Origin: a virus
Lineage: Duplodnaviria; Heunggongvirae; Uroviricota; Caudoviricetes
Strand: one strand, 5' to 3'
Length of the DNA stretch: 38,790 bases
IMG/VR virus record: IMGVR_UViG_3300042348_001285
Part shown: in pieces, positions 37,597 through 38,790 of the stretch
How the letters are laid out: each line of letters starts with the position of its first letter
How positions within the stretch are numbered: position 1 is the first letter of the stretch
Position numbers and translations under genes: made by a program
Notes under the pieces: generated by a model
Database searches by the model: none
What the model saw: only the letters and a program-made list of their open reading frames with translations
What the model was told of the DNA's origin: nothing

Positions 37597-37998
37597 TTAA
37601 ATCGCAGCGAGTACTGTGAATGTGCCATTCTGGGTTACAATTCTAGTCGGCCTAAACTCTATACCAGCGACAATCAGGCGGTCGGTATTTGTAATGTCAT
37701 TTACCCTAAGGGTTTTTTCGCAGTTTACGGGTTGTTCGCAATTTACTGCCTTAAGAAAGTTAGTTTGGACCCCGACGCTGAACAAGTCCTTACTAAGCAA
37801 GCTATCACCTACAGAAAATGATACATCGGCAAATATGCTTCGAGACGCATAGATTGAATCATAAACCGACAGATTATTAACTACACCAAGGGACTGATAA
37901 AAAACTGGAGCCAACGGGTTTGTGGCACTTTGGCCGAACCCTTGATAGATTGGGAACCCTGGGTCATAATCAGCGTTGTAGTTACTTTCGAATGCCAT
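37597..37998 (-). CDS. Hypothetical structural-region protein
   Basis: 133 aa, coupled to the upstream gene by a TAATG overlap. Confidence 0.6.
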   Translation of the reverse strand: MAFESNYNADYDPGFPIYQGFGQSATNPLAPVFYQSLGVVNNLSVYDSIYASRSIFADVSFSVGDSLLSKDLFSVGVQTNFLKAVNCEQPVNCEKTLRVNDITNTDRLIVAGIEFRPTRIVTQNGTFTVLAAI

Positions 37999-38789
37999 TA
38001 TTTAAAGGGATTTAGTGCGGAAGTCAAGGATGAGTAAACAGTGTTTATAGTACCTTGGGGATTTTGTAGCGTTTTTAGTATAAAATTAGTTTGAGGGGAA
38101 TACGATTGTAGGGCCGCCAATGCAGTTGACTGAATAAATGTCGTGGGATCTGATATGATGTTCCTTGCAGCCTCAGTGATAGAAAGGGCTTTTTGTGCTG
38201 TTTTTAAAGCGGTCTCCGCAAAGTTAATGCCAGGTATTGCCGGCAGGGTCGCTGGAATTTGTGGGGTCCATGCGGTAGTAAAAGAGCCTTTAATTTGGCC
38301 TTCTATGTACCCAGCATCCTTCCTCACAAAATCCATCGCAGCACCCATGTCTAGGAGCTTAGGGTCTTCGAAAGGGAATGGTTGTTTATCGCTCATCGGT
38401 GGGGGATTCCAATTAGCATCGACCCCAAATGGGTTACCAGTGGGCGCAGTCCCAAAAGCTGAGTATCTTTTGCACTGGCCATTGGATGTTGGAAAAGTAC
38501 AATCACTTACCGTCCCGGCTTGAATGGGGTTTTGCCTATTTCCGGAAGAGTCTGGTGGCTGAATAGAGTCATTAGCCCCTGCGTGCCCATGCTGCAAGTC
38601 ACAATGTCGTACCCAGATGTACTCGCCGTTTCTTTTCAGACAGACGCATACCCAGTCAGAACTCATGGGGCCATCTTCTTCTATGACAGAGCAACCACGG
38701 TTTTCCTTGCAAGGTGGGGGTAGACCCCCTGAGGGGTAAACTGGGAGGCGAGTCATGGAAGAGTTGTTAGGAATTGTCAACCCCCCTGC
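37998..38789 (-). CDS. 5'-truncated structural protein (possibly a baseplate spike C-terminal region)
   Basis: Frame is open to the window edge; HCDLQHGH contains an HxH motif. Function is speculative. Confidence 0.5.
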   Translation of the reverse strand, partial: AGGLTIPNNSSMTRLPVYPSGGLPPPCKENRGCSVIEEDGPMSSDWVCVCLKRNGEYIWVRHCDLQHGHAGANDSIQPPDSSGNRQNPIQAGTVSDCTFPTSNGQCKRYSAFGTAPTGNPFGVDANWNPPPMSDKQPFPFEDPKLLDMGAAMDFVRKDAGYIEGQIKGSFTTAWTPQIPATLPAIPGINFAETALKTAQKALSITEAARNIISDPTTFIQSTALAALQSYSPQTNFILKTLQNPQGTINTVYSSLTSALNPFK

Positions 38790-38790
38790 C

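Noticed and set aside
7067-38723. Numerous short plus-strand and nested ORFs in the track
   Set aside because: They lie within or opposite well-supported minus-strand genes and have no recognisable motifs.
1-38790. Stop-codon reassignment, tRNA or rRNA genes, CRISPR arrays
   Set aside because: Genes tile densely under the standard code using all three stops, and I recognised no RNA gene or array by eye.

Overview
This window is a segment of a large tailed dsDNA phage genome, most likely a cyanophage-like myovirus (inferred from tail-fibre style, thyX, phoH and IS607 cargo). Almost all genes are on the minus strand. From left to right it carries: DNA-metabolism genes (T4 RNase H-like 5'-3' exonuclease, ThyX, DEDDh exonuclease); an IS607 element (serine-recombinase TnpA plus a TnpB with a Fanzor-type RuvC arrangement) that appears to be inserted into the 3' end of thyX; a ~15 kb tail-fibre cluster; a ~9.5 kb cluster of small modular proteins; PhoH; two tandem terminase large-subunit paralogues; and Mu gp36/gp37-like neck proteins. 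The most unusual signal is in the 20.3-29.9 kb cluster. Three genes share a four-Cys leader, KK[RK]C-x2-GKSC-x3-CI-x5-C, fused to different enzymatic domains (two protein kinases and one HExxH metallopeptidase). Two of them are followed directly by ~60-aa helical ORFs, and the peptidase is frameshifted at a G9 tract. This resembles a polymorphic effector (plus possible immunity) system that may be virion-delivered. Neighbouring genes share other N-terminal leaders and [FY]-x-E motifs at domain boundaries. A GGGTAA/GGGTATAA motif lies about 20-45 nt upstream of 12 gene starts and is a candidate late promoter. All family assignments come from motif recognition by eye; no searches were run.
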